Assembly (NCBI RefSeq): GCF_057098645.1 | Contig: NZ_CM169472.1 | Strand: one strand, 5' to 3' | DNA: 64,000 nucleotides | Shown here: piece by piece, positions 32,326-44,557 of the stretch | How the letters are laid out: the number at the start of each line of letters is the position of its first letter | Numbering within the stretch: position 1 is the stretch's first letter | Translations under genes and position numbers: made by a program | The notes under the pieces: model-generated | Database searches by the model: none | Seen by the model: only the letters and a program-made list of their open reading frames with translations | What the model was told of the DNA's origin: nothing

Positions 32326-34614
32326 TTACCCTTCACGTTCTACCACTTTAATTTCCACCATGCCGATCCCGAGCTTACGCGGCGAGTGTCCGAGGATATT
32401 CCCTTCGTTGGTTGAGACAGGTTCCGGCGGCACAATTACCAGTGTGTCGGCATCGGTTGGGTTATCGAAATGCAGTGTGGTGGTGGTCACTTCATTGCCC
32501 AGCACAAGAGTTTGTTCTTCATTGCCTACGCGTACCGGAATAGGACGGCTGGCGTTATTGCCGTATGCTTTGGCGGTAATCACCAGGTCAAATTTCTTCG
32601 GCAGCGGATGCTTGTACTCGATTTTTACTTCATCGCCCAGCTGCGCGTTGGACCAGCGGCCCCACGACTCCGGACGGGAAATCCCGCTAAACTGTTTCAC
32701 CTCTTCTGGCGCACCGGCGACGTTAAAGATGAAACTGTCGGCTTTGTAGCGAATATCGTTATCAACAATCTTCAGCGTATCGACATTGCCTTTGTAACGC
32801 GCCATGTCGATGACCGTATCTTTAAATGCCGTCTTGCTCTTCCATGTTGTTTTGTCAACATGCTGAACAATTTGCTGACCGCCAAGCTGCCCCTGCGAGA
32901 CACACCAGTCGGTGGAAAGTGCCAGTTCCGGAGCCCAGAGTTGTGCCATCTTGTAGCAACGGTCAACCCAGACGAAATTGTCGCGTGGAGCGAAATCGGC
33001 CAGCTGGAAACGCAGCGGTGCTGAGTATTCGCTTTCCGGCAGCGGTTCCACGCGTTTGTCTGAAACCCGCAACAGCAGCGGCAAACGGAAATGGCTACCC
33101 GAGAAGGCAATCATGTTTTTCTGCTGGTCGATGGTGAACTCTTTCATCTCTTTAGGGAATTTCCACAGGCGGATGATATCTGGCTTCCACGCCAATGTTT
33201 TCTCTTTGATATTGAGGAAGATTTCCGACATCGACTGCCCGGATAAACTGCTACGACCAAGTCCGAGATAGTTATCGCCACCGAGAATGTCCAGCACCGT
33301 CGCGCCGTTATCCATCGTGTTACGCTTCACTGCCAGCGTCTCTTGCTGCGGCTTGTCGCCACGAATGACAAAAAACAGGTTATTGCGATCCTGCTTATTG
33401 AGGTATTTCCACGCCGTGTTGTTCATCGCTAAATGGTCAGAAGAGACGACGATGACGGTATCTTTAAACCACGGTGACGCTTTGATTTTGTTGATAAACG
33501 TCGCGATGTTCTCCTGGCTGCAACTTACCGCGCTGAATGACTGATTCGGCTTACCGTCAAAATCATATTTTTTGCGGTTACAGGTGCGCGAGATAAAACC
33601 ATCCGGGTGATGGGTATCGACTGTCAGGGTAAACAGTGAGAATCGCTGACCTGAGCGGGAAAGCTCTTCAAACTTTTTCCACGCTTCATCGAGAACGGTA
33701 TCGTCGTAGAATCCCCAGTCGTTGCGATAGTGCGGGTCGGCTACCACGCTTTTCAGCTCTTCTGAGCCGTATAAGTGGTCGAAGCCATGCGACTTCAGGA
33801 ACACATCTTTACCGGCAAAACGCAGATTCGCGCCCTGCACGAAATAGTTCTGATAACCCGAGTTTTTCAGGATATCGCCCAGACAGATGTTCTGCGGGAA
33901 GAAGCTGGAAACAGAAGCGGAGGCGTTACCTTCAAAGGGGGCAAACAGCGGTATGCCACACTGAGAAGCCACCATGCCCGCAATCGTGTAATCTGTTCCC
34001 GGCAGCTGCTGCGTGTGGCTGAAATCCAGGCCTTCATCTTTCAACGCGCCCAGTTCAGGCGTGAGATCCGGGAAAGCCTCGTTATCAAAATAGGTCCGCT
34101 CGAGACTTTCGCCGTAGATATAAACCAGGTTGAGTTTCGGGTCAGGGATAGTTTTCGATGGCTCTTTATAATAAGCCGCAAAGTCCGGGTCGCCGTCGCG
34201 TGACTGGGATTTCACCAGTTCCGTTATCTGACGAAATGCCGGGCTGGCGTCCACCGAACCCAGCGCCAGTAAGAGCGCCAGCAGGCTGTAACCAAAATGG
34301 TGCGGATGATGACGACGGCGCAGGATCCAGCCCAGCGCACCGAACACCGCCGTCAGCCCCAGCACAATGCCGATACCCGGCAGGATGTATTTGCTGACGC
34401 CAGCACCGGTCAGGCTGTTGGTTAAGGTATAGAGAACCGCGTCGTTAATACCATCGCCAGTAAAATAGTCGCTGGCAAACAGGGTGATATTTAAAACGAC
34501 AAATAGCCCCAGCACCGTTAATGTGGCTGCAAACCACCAGGTGTTACGTCCCGCTTTCCATGCGTAAATCAGCACAGAGGCGAGAAAAAGGGCGAAAGAG
34601 AGTAGTTCTGACAA
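32326..34614 (-). CDS. opgB: Phosphoglycerol transferase I (OPG biosynthesis)
   Basis: 762-aa [65 protein letters not shown]…. Confidence 0.9.
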   Translation of the reverse strand: MSELLSFALFLASVLIYAWKAGRNTWWFAATLTVLGLFVVLNITLFASDYFTGDGINDAVLYTLTNSLTGAGVSKYILPGIGIVLGLTAVFGALGWILRRRHHPHHFGYSLLALLLALGSVDASPAFRQITELVKSQSRDGDPDFAAYYKEPSKTIPDPKLNLVYIYGESLERTYFDNEAFPDLTPELGALKDEGLDFSHTQQLPGTDYTIAGMVASQCGIPLFAPFEGNASASVSSFFPQNICLGDILKNSGYQNYFVQGANLRFAGKDVFLKSHGFDHLYGSEELKSVVADPHYRNDWGFYDDTVLDEAWKKFEELSRSGQRFSLFTLTVDTHHPDGFISRTCNRKKYDFDGKPNQSFSAVSCSQENIATFINKIKASPWFKDTVIVVSSDHLAMNNTAWKYLNKQDRNNLFFVIRGDKPQQETLAVKRNTMDNGATVLDILGGDNYLGLGRSSLSGQSMSEIFLNIKEKTLAWKPDIIRLWKFPKEMKEFTIDQQKNMIAFSGSHFRLPLLLRVSDKRVEPLPESEYSAPLRFQLADFAPRDNFVWVDRCYKMAQLWAPELALSTDWCVSQGQLGGQQIVQHVDKTTWKSKTAFKDTVIDMARYKGNVDTLKIVDNDIRYKADSFIFNVAGAPEEVKQFSGISRPESWGRWSNAQLGDEVKIEYKHPLPKKFDLVITAKAYGNNASRPIPVRVGNEEQTLVLGNEVTTTTLHFDNPTDADTLVIVPPEPVSTNEGNILGHSPRKLGIGMVEIKVVEREG

Positions 34615-34867
34615 CGGGCGATCCTCACTAAACCGGGCCGTTTAGCCAACGTTTAAGCTTTTTGAGAAGCACAATGTAATGGCGTCGCCATATTGCTGCA
34701 ATTCTAGTGTCAAAAAAATGCGATGTTGTTAGGAATTAGTTTATAAACAGACTTTTTTGATCGCGGTCGCTTCCCGTGTAACAGGGGGAAAACCGTCCAG
34801 GAGCAGGGAAAAGGGCAGGAGAGAGCCGCGTCAGCCGGGTAACAGCTAAAACGCGGCGTTTCGCGGT

Positions 34868-35302
34868 TCAGGAAATGAAGTTCAGCCCCTGCTTTAACAC
34901 CAGATCGCAGGCTTTGGTTTTCACCTTTTCTGCCAGCGGAGTCGTTCCGATGTTATCCAGATTGAGTTGCTGACCATCTTTGGTTTTCAGCAAACCCTGA
35001 ATACCGTCCAGATAGTTGGTGTCTTCTTTTTGCTCTTCACTGTTCAGGCCCAGCTTTTCCAGCACCTGATTCTTGATGTTTTCGGCATCGGTTACCGACG
35101 CCAGCTTTTGCTTCGCGCAGTATTGCAGAATGCCTGCGGCATTGTTCATGTTATCTGCGCTTAAGGCCTGGTTTCCGCTGCTAAGCAAGTTAGTTAATGA
35201 CGCGAGCGACCAACCGCCTTCCTGTGTCGTGCTGTTTTGGTTGCCAAGTTCGCTGGCGGCAATGGCACAGCACAGAAGATGTTTAACAGTTTTCATCATC
35301 AT
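34868..35302 (-). CDS. yjjA: DUF2501 secreted protein YjjA
   Basis: 144-aa ORF with signal peptide MMMKTVKHLLCCAIAASELG; position upstream of dnaC. Confidence 0.7.
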   Translation of the reverse strand: MMMKTVKHLLCCAIAASELGNQNSTTQEGGWSLASLTNLLSSGNQALSADNMNNAAGILQYCAKQKLASVTDAENIKNQVLEKLGLNSEEQKEDTNYLDGIQGLLKTKDGQQLNLDNIGTTPLAEKVKTKACDLVLKQGLNFIS

Positions 35303-35347
35303 TACTCAAGGTGGAATTGTGTCGCAGTATACCGCCAGAAACGGGGA

Positions 35348-36085
35348 TTAATACTCTTTACCTGTTACACGGCTACGGTAGCTATCCCAGTTGAAGATCA
35401 CCCACAAACTGTTACCCAGGCGCATACGGTCCATCACGCGTTCGCCCAGCAACTTGGTCATCTCTTCCATATTACTATTGGTCAGCATCCCGGTTGGGCG
35501 TTTGGAAGAAGAGCGGCGATCGACGATCTGGTTGATGATCACTTTTTCGTATTTCGATTCGGTCTGCACGCCGATCTCATCGATCACCAGCAGATCAACG
35601 TTGCTCAGATCGTTAAGCAGTTGTTCTTCGCTGGTACCGCTATTCCTGAAGGTATCTTTCATCGCCGACATAATATCGGCCACGGTGATGATCAATACGG
35701 ATTTACCGCGTAGCAGCAGCTCGTTGCAGATTGCCGCCGCCAGATGGTTTTTGCCGGTTCCTGGCTTACCAGAAAAGATAAAGCTGGCGATGTTGCCGTC
35801 AAACTCTTCGACATACTGGCGCGCTTTGCTTAACGCATTCATCTGCCCTTCACACTCAACGCGATAGTTCTCAAAGGAGCAGTTCTGATGCAGTGGACGA
35901 ATACCGGAGCGGTTAAAGGTGCGCTGCATTTTCATCGCCCGATTTTCACGTTCGAGAGCGGCAGAGCGGATCGCCCCTTGTTCTTTTTGCCAGGCCAGTA
36001 GTTCTTCACCCGTTTTGAATGCGGGTTTGATATGGGCAGGCATCATTTTTTGCAGGCGTTGCATCAGGTCGCCAACGTTTTTCAT
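35348..36085 (-). CDS. dnaC: DNA replication helicase loader DnaC
   Basis: 245-aa ORF MKNVGDLMQRLQKMMPAHIKPAFKTGEELLAWQKEQ… with Walker A GKPGTGKNHLAAAI. Confidence 0.9.
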   Translation of the reverse strand: MKNVGDLMQRLQKMMPAHIKPAFKTGEELLAWQKEQGAIRSAALERENRAMKMQRTFNRSGIRPLHQNCSFENYRVECEGQMNALSKARQYVEEFDGNIASFIFSGKPGTGKNHLAAAICNELLLRGKSVLIITVADIMSAMKDTFRNSGTSEEQLLNDLSNVDLLVIDEIGVQTESKYEKVIINQIVDRRSSSKRPTGMLTNSNMEEMTKLLGERVMDRMRLGNSLWVIFNWDSYRSRVTGKEY

Positions 36086-36087
36086 CG

Positions 36088-36627
36088 TTACCCTCTGAAT
36101 CCTGGTGGAATTTGGCTGTCAGGTTCGCTGACCGTATTCACATCTCGTTTCGGCAGTCCGCCGTTGCTGGCACGACCGATTTGCAGGCTGCGCGCCAGTT
36201 TTTGTTGCCACTGCACATGGTGAAAGACTTTACCTTCCGCCTGCCAGTAGGCAATGAATGAGGCCAGTTCTTCGGTGGTCACCGGCTCTCTTAGCGCCAC
36301 GCCCCATAGCGCCGCCAGGCGGATAAAATCGGCATCGGGTTGCCAGTCCGGATACATGGCGAATTTCCCCATGGGTACAGCAACGGGAGCGGCTTGCGGT
36401 TCCTGATAGAGTTGATCGTCCAGATCGACATCGCTTCCCGGACGCGCCAGCTTTTCTTCCAGCGCCAGCAGTTCAGCCAGGCGTGCAGGCGTGACGGCAT
36501 AAAACGCCGGGGCATTGTTAGCAAATACGGCAACCACACCGCCTTCAGCTTTTGCCAGAACGGTTTGGTGATCGTGTACCAGGGCGTCAATACCAACGAC
36601 GTCCGGGGTCAAAACTCTGGAAGACAT
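36088..36627 (-). CDS. dnaT: Primosomal protein DnaT
   Basis: Translation from [35 protein letters not shown]… ending …[10 protein letters not shown]; 179 aa. Confidence 0.9.
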   Translation of the reverse strand: MSSRVLTPDVVGIDALVHDHQTVLAKAEGGVVAVFANNAPAFYAVTPARLAELLALEEKLARPGSDVDLDDQLYQEPQAAPVAVPMGKFAMYPDWQPDADFIRLAALWGVALREPVTTEELASFIAYWQAEGKVFHHVQWQQKLARSLQIGRASNGGLPKRDVNTVSEPDSQIPPGFRG

Positions 36628-36733
36628 ACTGTTTCTCAAATATGGAACGATGAACGAGAAGGGAGATAACTTTTATAGTAACACACGGAGGAGAGGAGGC
36701 TGTCTCTCATCCGTGTGCTTAAGCGAGGCAATT

Positions 36734-37207
36734 TTATACGCGAGGGCGCTTGCGGTACAACCATAATCCAGGAATGGAAAGACCGATGGATAACGCACCA
36801 ACAATCGATGAAGCTGTAAGAAAGTTGGTTAACAGGGTAATCATCAACGGTTCGCTGTAACCTAACTGGCTGATTTTTACCGCCGAAATCATTGCGGTAT
36901 AAGCCGATATGCCCGGGAACATAGGGATAACGGCCGCCACGGTAAACACTTTCGGATGCGCCAGATACCAGCGCGACCATTGAATACCAATGGTGCCGAC
37001 CAGCATAGAAGCCATAAAGGTTGACCACTCAATATTCAACCCGCTGGTCATCAAGATCATTCGGGAACCATGACCTATCGAGCCAAGCAGCGCACACCAG
37101 CGTAACGCCCGCACGGGAACGTTGAACACCATCGCAAAGCCGACCGCAGGAATGGCGGCGAGGATCATATCCTGCGCCAATGCAAACAGAAATTCGATCA
37201 CACCCAT
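36734..37207 (-). CDS. yjjB: Inner-membrane protein YjjB (ThrE-family partner)
   Basis: Translation from [37 protein letters not shown]…; 157 aa. Confidence 0.75.
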
Positions 37208-37968
37208 CCGCGTAGCCCCCAAATCGTCAGTGCCATCACCACGCCGACGCAGGTAGCCAGTGTCAGCAGACTGGCGATCGCCCAGCGTGCCAGTCCGGTA
37301 TTGATGTGGCCTTTAAACATATCGGCGACGGCATTAATCAACGGAAAGCCCGGCACCAGCAGCAGAACGCTGGCGGCCATCGCAATGGTGGGGGTATTGC
37401 TGAAAGTGGGGAGTTGCAAAAGCAATCCGGAAATGGTGGTGGCGGCGAAAGCGGTAAGGCAAAAGTTGATCTGTGGATGAAGATGACGTTGTGCCAGCAG
37501 CTGGCGGATATACATCGCGGTCGTACTGGCAAAGAAGGTGATGACGGCACCATCCCAGCCACCGTTATTGAGTTTACAGAAACAGGCGCAAGAAAGGCCA
37601 ACCATTAAGGCTACCAGCCATCTTGGGTAACGTAATGGCTGAATTTGGCTAAATCGTTTCTCTACGCCTTTGTAATCCAGCAGATGGTGCTCCGCCAGAA
37701 TCACAATGTGCTGGACTTCAGTCACCACATGCATATTAATGCCGCGATCGTGATTTTTTCGTGTCGATGTCAGGCATTGCCCATCTTTAATAGTTGTCAG
37801 CACTATGGCGTTCGAAGAGATAGAACTTTCGACGCTGTCCATTCCCAGCGCCCGACCCAGTCGTGAGGAAAGCTCATCAACCAACGCGCTTTCCGCACCA
37901 TGTTGCAAAAGAAATAATCCACACTGGATACAAAGCCGTGTTACGGCTCGCTGTTGCTCAGTTTGCAT
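37198..37968 (-). CDS. yjjP: Inner-membrane protein YjjP (ThrE family)
   Basis: Translation from [42 protein letters not shown]…; overlaps yjjB start. Confidence 0.75.
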
Positions 37969-38587
37969 AACTCGCCCTTTGTCATAGACGTGATGCGTAT
38001 TGTTCAGATAATGAGAATCCATTTGTATCATGAAGCACGGTTGTTTTGCGGTAGGTTAAGATCAAAATTGCGCTGATTAATCCTGGTTATCGGGAGACGC
38101 TTGGTGATAAAAAGCGAATTATCTCTCGCCGTAAACAAACTATCGCATGAATATTATCACTATAATGAATTTATTGTTTGACCTTTACGAGTCAGGATAA
38201 TAGATAACCGGGCGCGTTTTTTAGTGTTAACAAGTTAAAACCATCAGGTTTTATTGAATAAATATTGATTGTGTGATTTTTACATTCTGCGGGAAGAGAT
38301 ATCATTTAATTATAAATTAAATGAATGAGATTTCTGTTTTTCATTAAGTATTTCTAACAACTTAATGTAGATATTTTAAATGTCTCCAGGCTATTTCACC
38401 AGGTTATCATTTGATGCTAACCTTCTGACACATGCAGTGGAGTTAATGTGCAGCAGGAGTATGCTGATATGAAAGTGAATGCAAAGGATAAATTATTCGC
38501 TTAATCTATTAATTTGCTGGAAATATTTAAGGAATGAATATCCTGAATAAACCATCATGATTTATAGACAGTGGATGTGGAGGAAAT

Positions 38588-39313
38588 ATGTTGCCAGGAT
38601 GCTGCAAAAATGGAATTGTTATCAGTAAAATACCTGTTATGCAAGCAGGGTTAAAAGAGGTCATGAGGACTCACTTCCCTGAATATGAAATAATATCCAG
38701 CGCCTCTGCGGAGGACCTTACCTTATTACAATTACGTCGTTCCGGATTAGTCATTGCTGATTTAGCCGGTGAAAGTGAAGATCCACGTTCTGTTTGTGAA
38801 CATTATTATTATTTAATCTCACAATATCGGGAAATTCACTGGGTTTTCATGGTGTCACGCTCCTGGTATTCCCAGGCAGTAGAACTGCTCATGTGCCCTA
38901 CGGCGACGTTATTGTCTGATGTTGAACCCATTGAGAATCTGGTCAAGACCGTACGTTCCGGCAATACGCACGCAGAGCGTATCAGCGCTATGCTGACTTC
39001 CCCGGCAATGACTGAAACTCATGATTTTAGCTATCGCTCCGTCATTCTCACTCTTTCAGAGCGCAAGGTACTGCGGCTATTAGGTAAAGGATGGGGCATC
39101 AACCAGATAGCTTCATTGCTTAAGAAAAGTAATAAAACTATCAGCGCCCAAAAAAACAGTGCGATGCGTCGACTGGCAATTCACAGCAACGCTGAAATGT
39201 ATGCATGGATAAATAGCGCGCAGGGTGCAAGAGAACTTAACTTGCCTTCTGTTTATGGAGATGCCGCAGAATGGAACACAGCCGAATTAAGAAGAGAAAT
39301 GTCGCACTCATAG
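38588..39313 (+). CDS. yjjQ: LuxR-family transcriptional regulator YjjQ
   Basis: 241-aa ORF with C-terminal LuxR HTH (…[41 protein letters not shown]…). Confidence 0.8.
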   Translation: MLPGCCKNGIVISKIPVMQAGLKEVMRTHFPEYEIISSASAEDLTLLQLRRSGLVIADLAGESEDPRSVCEHYYYLISQYREIHWVFMVSRSWYSQAVELLMCPTATLLSDVEPIENLVKTVRSGNTHAERISAMLTSPAMTETHDFSYRSVILTLSERKVLRLLGKGWGINQIASLLKKSNKTISAQKNSAMRRLAIHSNAEMYAWINSAQGARELNLPSVYGDAAEWNTAELRREMSHS

Positions 39314-39948
39314 AAAAATGCGTCATGAGTAGTATCGGTATTGAGAGTTTATTCAGAAAGTTTGCGGGTAGCCCTTATAAGCTCCATACCTATACCAGTC
39401 AGGAGTCATTTCAGGATGCCATGTCGCGGATCTCGTTTGCGGCGGTCATTTTTTCTTTTTCTGCCATGAGAAGTGAGCGCAGAGAGGGATTATCTTGCCT
39501 GACTGAACTGGCGATTAAGTTTCCGCGTACCCGGCGTTTAGTTATTGCGGATGATGATATTGAAGCTCGGCTGATTGGTTCATTGTCGCCATCACCGCTG
39601 GACGGTGTATTAAGTAAAGCGTCAACGCTGGAGATTTTTCATCAGGAACTCTTTTTGTCATTAAATGGTGTACGTCAGGCGACCGACCGACTGAACAATC
39701 AGTGGTACATTAACCAAAGCCGGACGCTAAGCCCGACGGAGAGAGAAATATTGCGCTTTATGTCGCGTGGCTACTCAATGACACAAATTGCCGAGCAGCT
39801 TAAACGTAATATCAAAACGATCCGCGCGCATAAATTTAATGTGATGTCGAAACTGGGCGTCAGTTCTGATGCAGGGTTGTTGGAGGCCGCAGATATTCTG
39901 TTATGTATGCGGCATTGCGAAGCAAGTAATGTGTTGCATCCCTATTAA
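39271..39948 (+). CDS. bglJ: LuxR-family transcriptional activator BglJ
   Basis: 225-aa ORF overlapping the yjjQ 3' end; LuxR HTH (…[43 protein letters not shown]…). Confidence 0.8.
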   Translation: MEHSRIKKRNVALIEKCVMSSIGIESLFRKFAGSPYKLHTYTSQESFQDAMSRISFAAVIFSFSAMRSERREGLSCLTELAIKFPRTRRLVIADDDIEARLIGSLSPSPLDGVLSKASTLEIFHQELFLSLNGVRQATDRLNNQWYINQSRTLSPTEREILRFMSRGYSMTQIAEQLKRNIKTIRAHKFNVMSKLGVSSDAGLLEAADILLCMRHCEASNVLHPY

Positions 39949-39985
39949 TCCGCATGATGCCGGGTTTACTTCCCCGGCAGTGCTT

Positions 39986-40774
39986 TCATTTCAGCGTACA
40001 ATCGCCACATTGCTGCACATCCGGTAAGCGATAACGCTGGCAGCAAGTGCGGCGCACCAGCAGGCCGTCGCGCAGTACCACGGTACGCCAGAGTGGATTA
40101 TCTTCACCGGTAGTAAGCGTTTTCTCAAAAAAGAGGGCATGGCGCAGCGATTCAACCGTCGCCTCGCCGAGCAGTTGCTTCATCTCAGTAAGATACCAGT
40201 TGATCAAATAACCGGTATTACTCCAGATAAGTTTGCCGTTAATCTCTCCCGTTGCTTCTAGTGCCAGCACAACCGGAACCAGCGCCTGGCTGATTAACGT
40301 TTCCATTCGATGCTGCGGCGAATGTGGTGTTACGTTTTTATCTTCACACACATCGACCCAGAAACAGGCGACGCGTCCGGTTTCGTGAAACTCAGCATGG
40401 AAATGTTCCGGCGACACATCTAATGCTTTTTCCTGCGTCAGTAGCGCCAGCATTAATGGTGGTACCATCAGGCCGATATACCACTGCGCCCACAGTGAGA
40501 TCAGCGGTTTGTTCTCGCGGATCATCGTTGGTTGGTTGCGATAGATATGATCGGAATAGACCGCCAGTAGAGAACTTAGAGCATTCGGTGATGACCATTG
40601 CGCCAGCGTCATGGCGTTAAGCGGAGCGGGTTCATCCAGGCGGATAAACTCCAGCAAATGTTCACGATGTTCGGCGATCATCGCCCGTACGGCTTGTGCA
40701 AGCCCAGCATCCTGCGGCTGGAGATGTGTTCGCCAGATGACATCTTCATAGAGCGGTGCGGAACGATAGGCCAT
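39986..40774 (-). CDS. fhuF: Ferric-siderophore reductase FhuF (2Fe-2S)
   Basis: 262-aa ORF MAYRSAPLYEDVIWRTHLQPQDAGLAQAVRAMIAEHREHLLEF… with C-terminal C-C-x10-C-x2-C cluster. Confidence 0.85.
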   Translation of the reverse strand: MAYRSAPLYEDVIWRTHLQPQDAGLAQAVRAMIAEHREHLLEFIRLDEPAPLNAMTLAQWSSPNALSSLLAVYSDHIYRNQPTMIRENKPLISLWAQWYIGLMVPPLMLALLTQEKALDVSPEHFHAEFHETGRVACFWVDVCEDKNVTPHSPQHRMETLISQALVPVVLALEATGEINGKLIWSNTGYLINWYLTEMKQLLGEATVESLRHALFFEKTLTTGEDNPLWRTVVLRDGLLVRRTCCQRYRLPDVQQCGDCTLK

Positions 40775-40792
40775 AATCGGGATAGTAATCTA

Positions 40793-40900
40793 AATGATAA
40801 TGATTGCTAATCCTAGCGATAGGTTTACCCGATAGCAAGGGATTTCTCTGGCTTGCAAATGATAAAAATTATCATATGATATTGGTTATCATTATCAATG
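40793..40900. promoter_or_regulatory. Fur boxes in the fhuF / yjjZ divergent promoter region
   Basis: aaatgataatgattgctaatc and aatgataaaaattatcatatgatattggttatcattatcaatg match the GATAATGATAATCATTATC Fur consensus. Confidence 0.5.
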
Positions 40901-40914
40901 AAAGAGATGAAACC

Positions 40915-41151
40915 ATGTTGCAACGTACGCTGGGCAGTGGCTGGGGAGTGTTGCTGCCGGGATTGCTGATTGCAGGGCTGATGTATGCGGATTTATCGCC
41001 GGATCAGTGGCGGATTGTCATTCTGATGGGATTGATATTGACGCCGGTGATGCTGTATCACAAACAGTTACGGCATTACGTTTTGCTACCATCGTGCCTG
41101 GCGCTTAGTGCTGGCATCATGCTGATGCTAATGAATTTGAATCAGGGATGA
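40915..41151 (+). CDS. yjjZ: Small membrane protein YjjZ
   Basis: ORF 40804..41151; translation from MLQRTLGSGWGVLLPGLLIAGLMYADLSPDQWRIVILMG…; 78 aa. Confidence 0.6.
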   Translation: MLQRTLGSGWGVLLPGLLIAGLMYADLSPDQWRIVILMGLILTPVMLYHKQLRHYVLLPSCLALSAGIMLMLMNLNQG

Positions 41152-41189
41152 AAAATCAAGGAAGAAACAAGAAAGGAAGTAAAGATAAT

Positions 41190-41276
41190 TGGTGCGAGGG
41201 GGGGGACTTGAACCCCCACGTCCGTAAGGACACTAACACCTGAAGCTAGCGCGTCTACCAATTCCGCCACCTTCGC
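41190..41276 (-). tRNA. leuV: tRNA-Leu (anticodon CAG), encoded CCA
   Basis: 87-nt unit tggtgcgaggggggggacttgaacccccacgtccgtaaggacactaacacctgaagctagcgcgtctaccaattccgccaccttcgc is the reverse complement of tRNA-Leu(CAG) with long variable arm. Confidence 0.9.
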
Positions 41277-41310
41277 ACAGTCATCTTACTTTTTTTGATA
41301 TCGCCTCGTT

Positions 41311-41397
41311 TGGTGCGAGGGGGGGGACTTGAACCCCCACGTCCGTAAGAACACTAACACCTGAAGCTAGCGCGTCTACCAATTCCGCCACCTTCGC
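41311..41397 (-). tRNA. leuP: tRNA-Leu (anticodon CAG), variant copy with one substitution in the variable arm
   Basis: Second 87-nt copy; differs from the other two at one position (aagaacact vs aaggacact on the plus strand). Confidence 0.9.
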
Positions 41398-41425
41398 CCA
41401 GTGCGAGCAATATCAACGTGGTTTT

Positions 41426-41512
41426 TGGTGCGAGGGGGGGGACTTGAACCCCCACGTCCGTAAGGACACTAACACCTGAAGCTAGCGCGTCTACCAATTC
41501 CGCCACCTTCGC
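41426..41512 (-). tRNA. leuQ: tRNA-Leu (anticodon CAG)
   Basis: Third 87-nt copy, identical to the first. Confidence 0.9.
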
Positions 41513-41639
41513 ATACCATCAATTCTTAAAAAGAATTGCTACCACGGAGGCGCATTCTAGTGGTTTTCAGCTTTTCGTCAATAGTTAATTATCGACAGAG
41601 GTGTAATTGCTGGAAAAATATCCATCAGGAGACTAACGT

Positions 41640-41800
<161 letters not shown>

Positions 41801-41812
41801 TCGGCGAGATAA

Positions 41813-42844
41813 TTAACCTTTCTTCGCCTGGAGGGTCATAATGGCGCGATACACCTTGAAGCGCCCGGTTTGCGCGATAACTTCATGGAAGCCAAATGTC
41901 TCATCCAGCACGTCCGGGTAAGGCAGGAAGGCGTTCGCTACAATTCGCAGCTCGCCGCCGCTATTAAGATGACGCACCGCGCCGCGAATCAGCGTTTGCG
42001 CCGCATCCAGGCTGGTTTGCATCCCATCGTGGAACGGCGGGTTGGAGATGATCATATCAAAACGACCTTTCACCTCGGAAAAGACGTTGCTGGCAAAGAC
42101 TTCACCTTCAACACCGTTGGCCGCAAGCGTTGCACGGCTGGCTTCTACCGCCGGGGCAGAGACATCGCACAGAGTGAGACGAATTTTCGGCGAATGGCGC
42201 GCAAAGGCAACCGAAAGCACGCCCGCGCCACAGCCGACATCCAGCACTTTACCTTTCGTGTGCGGAGTTAACGTTGAGAGCAGCAACTGGCTACCGACAT
42301 CCAGACCGTCGCGGCTAAACACGCCAGGCAGCGTTTTGACCGTCAGGCCATCGACGCTGTATTCGCCCCAGAATTTATCGGCATCAAATACCGGCTGTTT
42401 TTCCAGACGACCAAAATAGAGGCCACAGCGACGAGCGCTGTCGACTTTATTCAACGGCGCATAATCTGCCAGCATCTGCTCGGCGCTGCGCACGCCGCTG
42501 CGGTTCTCGCCAACGACAAAAATATCTGTCCCCACTGGCAGCAGAGAAAGTAAATTCATCAACTGGAACTGGGCTTCCGGTTTGTTCTTCGGCCAGTAGT
42601 AAATCAGCGTATCGCAATCTGCGACATCATCCGCCGTGGCGACCAGGCTAAAACGGGCGTTATCCCCCATCTGGCGGCTTAACACCTGCCAATGGTGGAA
42701 TTGCTGGGTATGAGCACGGCTGGCCGCGGTATCTAAACGCGCGGGCAGGTCATCCTGTAAGTCTCCGGCAAACAGAATACGGCTTTGTTCGAAATCATCA
42801 CTGTGACGCAGCAAGACTTCACTTGCCGGGGTAAATGCAGACAT
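41813..42844 (-). CDS. rsmC: 16S rRNA (guanine1207-N2)-methyltransferase
   Basis: 343-aa [41 protein letters not shown]… with SAM motif [11 protein letters not shown] and NPPFH. Confidence 0.9.
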   Translation of the reverse strand: MSAFTPASEVLLRHSDDFEQSRILFAGDLQDDLPARLDTAASRAHTQQFHHWQVLSRQMGDNARFSLVATADDVADCDTLIYYWPKNKPEAQFQLMNLLSLLPVGTDIFVVGENRSGVRSAEQMLADYAPLNKVDSARRCGLYFGRLEKQPVFDADKFWGEYSVDGLTVKTLPGVFSRDGLDVGSQLLLSTLTPHTKGKVLDVGCGAGVLSVAFARHSPKIRLTLCDVSAPAVEASRATLAANGVEGEVFASNVFSEVKGRFDMIISNPPFHDGMQTSLDAAQTLIRGAVRHLNSGGELRIVANAFLPYPDVLDETFGFHEVIAQTGRFKVYRAIMTLQAKKG

Positions 42845-42946
42845 GGAATGCTCCTCAATTGATACTGGCGGCGATTATAGCCATATGTTGGCGCGGTATC
42901 GACGAATTTGCTATATTTGCGCCCCTGACAACAGGAGCGATTCGCT

Positions 42947-43360
42947 ATGACATCCCGACGAGACTGGCAGTTACAGCAACTGGGCATTACCCAGTGGTCG
43001 CTGCGTCGCCCTGGCGCGTTGCAGGGGGAGATTGCCATTGCGATCCTGGCACACGTCCGTCTGGTGATGGTGGCAAACGATCTTCCCGCCCTGACTGATC
43101 CTTTAGTGAGCGATGTTCTGCGTGCATTAACCGTCAGCCCCGATCAAGTGCTGCAACTGACGCCAGAAAAAATCGCGATGCTGCCGCAAGGCAGTCGCTG
43201 CAACAGCTGGCGGTTGGGTACTGACGAACCGCTATCACTGGAAGGCGCTCAGGTGGCATCACCGGCGCTCACCGAATTACGGGCAAACCCAACGGCACGC
43301 GCCGCGTTATGGCAACAAATTTGCACATATGAACACGATTTCTTCCCTCGAAACGACTGA
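42947..43360 (+). CDS. holD: DNA polymerase III psi subunit
   Basis: 137-aa ORF MTSRRDWQLQQLGITQWSLRRPGALQGEIAIAILAHVRLVMVANDLPA…. Confidence 0.85.
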   Translation: MTSRRDWQLQQLGITQWSLRRPGALQGEIAIAILAHVRLVMVANDLPALTDPLVSDVLRALTVSPDQVLQLTPEKIAMLPQGSRCNSWRLGTDEPLSLEGAQVASPALTELRANPTARAALWQQICTYEHDFFPRND

Positions 43361-43775
43361 TTTACCAGCGGCTTACCACATTGAACAACGCGCCCACGCC
43401 TTTCCGTGGAGTGAAAAAACCTTTGCCAGCAACCAGGGCGAGCGTTATCTCAACTTTCAGTTAACGCAAAACGGCAAAATGGCGGCGTTTGCGATTACGC
43501 AAGTGGTGCTGGATGAAGCTACATTGTTCAATATTGCGGTCGATCCTGACTATCAGCGTCAGGGATTGGGAAGGGCGCTGCTGGAACATCTGATCGACGA
43601 ACTGGAAAAACGCGGCGTGGCGACACTATGGCTGGAAGTCCGTGCCTCAAATGCTGCCGCCATTGCCCTGTACGAAAGTTTAGGCTTTAACGAGGCGACG
43701 ATTCGCCGCAATTACTACCCCACCACGGACGGTCGCGAAGACGCCATCATCATGGCGTTGCCAATCAGTATGTAA
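43329..43775 (+). CDS. rimI: Ribosomal protein S18 alanine N-acetyltransferase
   Basis: 148-aa GNAT ORF overlapping holD 3' end (…[45 protein letters not shown]…). Confidence 0.85.
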   Translation: MNTISSLETTDLPAAYHIEQRAHAFPWSEKTFASNQGERYLNFQLTQNGKMAAFAITQVVLDEATLFNIAVDPDYQRQGLGRALLEHLIDELEKRGVATLWLEVRASNAAAIALYESLGFNEATIRRNYYPTTDGREDAIIMALPISM

Positions 43776-43789
43776 GACAAGGTGGAATA

Positions 43790-44467
43790 ATGAAGTGGGA
43801 CTGGATTTTCTTTGATGCCGATGAAACGCTGTTTACCTTTGACTCATTCACCGGCCTGCAGCGGATGTTTCTTGATTACAGCGTCAACTTTACCGCTGAA
43901 GATTTTCAGGACTATCAGGCCGTTAACAAGCCACTGTGGGTGGATTATCAAAACGGCGCGATCACTTCATTACAGCTTCAGCACGGGCGTTTCGAGAGCT
44001 GGGCCGAACGGCTGAAAGTTGAAGCAGGCTTGCTTAACGATGCCTTTATTAATGCGATGGCGGAAATCTGTACGCCGTTGCCGGGCGCGGTTTCTCTGCT
44101 TAACGCCATTCGTGGCAACGCTAAAATCGGCATCATCACCAACGGTTTTAGCGCCTTGCAGCAAGTGCGTCTGGAACGGACGGGCCTGCGTGATTACTTC
44201 GATTTGCTGGTGATTTCCGAAGAAGTTGGCGTTGCCAAACCGAATAAGAAAATTTTCGATTATGCGCTGGAACAGGCGGGCAATCCTGACCGTTCACGCG
44301 TGCTGATGGTTGGCGACACTGCCGAGTCCGATATTCTCGGTGGCATCAACGCCGGGCTTGCGACCTGCTGGCTGAATGCGCACAATCGCGAGCAACCAGA
44401 AGGCATCGCGCCCACCTGGACCGTTTCTTCGTTGCACGAACTGGAGCAGCTCCTGTGTAAACACTGA
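43790..44467 (+). CDS. yjjG: HAD-family pyrimidine 5'-nucleotidase YjjG
   Basis: 225-aa [20 protein letters not shown]… with HAD motif I DxDxT. Confidence 0.85.
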   Translation: MKWDWIFFDADETLFTFDSFTGLQRMFLDYSVNFTAEDFQDYQAVNKPLWVDYQNGAITSLQLQHGRFESWAERLKVEAGLLNDAFINAMAEICTPLPGAVSLLNAIRGNAKIGIITNGFSALQQVRLERTGLRDYFDLLVISEEVGVAKPNKKIFDYALEQAGNPDRSRVLMVGDTAESDILGGINAGLATCWLNAHNREQPEGIAPTWTVSSLHELEQLLCKH

Positions 44468-44557
44468 TTGCCTCCCCCCCGTTGATGGGTAAAATAGCCG
44501 CAATTTTTCGTTTTCAACAAGCGCGGCGCGATGCCGCTTACTCAAGAAGAAAGAATT

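Noticed and set aside
32470-33024. 184-aa plus-strand ORF (and neighbouring plus-strand ORFs up to 34397)
   Set aside because: Antisense to opgB, which is full length and well matched.
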